A model generated the notes under the pieces. That model was not told the DNA's origin. It searched no databases and saw nothing but the letters and a program-made list of their open reading frames with translations. This document shows positions 63,761 to 64,000 of a stretch of 64,000 nucleotides of DNA, piece after piece (within the stretch, counting starts at the first letter, position 1; the number at the start of each line of letters is the position of its first letter). The translations under genes were made by a program, and so were the position numbers. This DNA comes from Takakia lepidozioides (Eukaryota; Plantae; Bryophyta): contig CM060732.1 in NCBI GenBank assembly GCA_030704615.1, positions 15,314,001-15,378,000 of the forward strand, given 5' to 3'.

Positions 63761-64000
63761 AGGTTGGTCCCCTTGCACCTGTATGTATGTTTGGAGAGGC
63801 AGATGAAAAGCACATGTATCGACTCCCCATGGATTTGTGAAGGGGAAGATGAATGTTGGGAGGTGCACCTGACTTTTGTGGCTTTCGAAACCATAATAGA
63901 AAATCAACAATGTAAAAGTAATGACGAAACACAAACACACGCACAACCACCAAACCCTTTCTTGGGTACACATATTCCACCATTTTTATTTCCGTACACG

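Overview
Eukaryotic, almost certainly plant, heterochromatic DNA with no recognisable host gene; a non-seed plant such as a bryophyte is likely, but that is inference. The window is a nested and scrambled stack of transposons. (1) Three decayed copies of an unusual Mutator-like (MULE) DDE transposase carry an N-terminal WRKY/GCM-like zinc domain, a C-terminal SWIM finger and one conserved intron. (2) Apparent cargo of that family: a spliced beta-class DNA amino-methyltransferase-like gene (32.8-34.9 kb); a homologous gene with a ParB/Srx-like domain (7.7-10.6 kb); a ~190-aa orphan protein family in 3 paralogous types; arrays of GGCGCC-centred palindromes; and G5-C[A/G]TGAGC-repeat termini. (3) A Ty3/Gypsy family with ~725-bp LTRs and an iMet PBS (5 LTR copies, one solo LTR with a TSD). 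(4) Two further Gypsy pol segments, one next to a ~3.4-kb LTR-like unit. (5) Two CACTA transposase remnants, one with its CACTA terminus. (6) A 500-N assembly gap. The best candidate for an undescribed system is a plant DNA transposon carrying an intron-containing ParB / N4-N6 DNA methyltransferase module plus palindromic arrays. All domain calls are by-eye motif recognition; no database searches were run.
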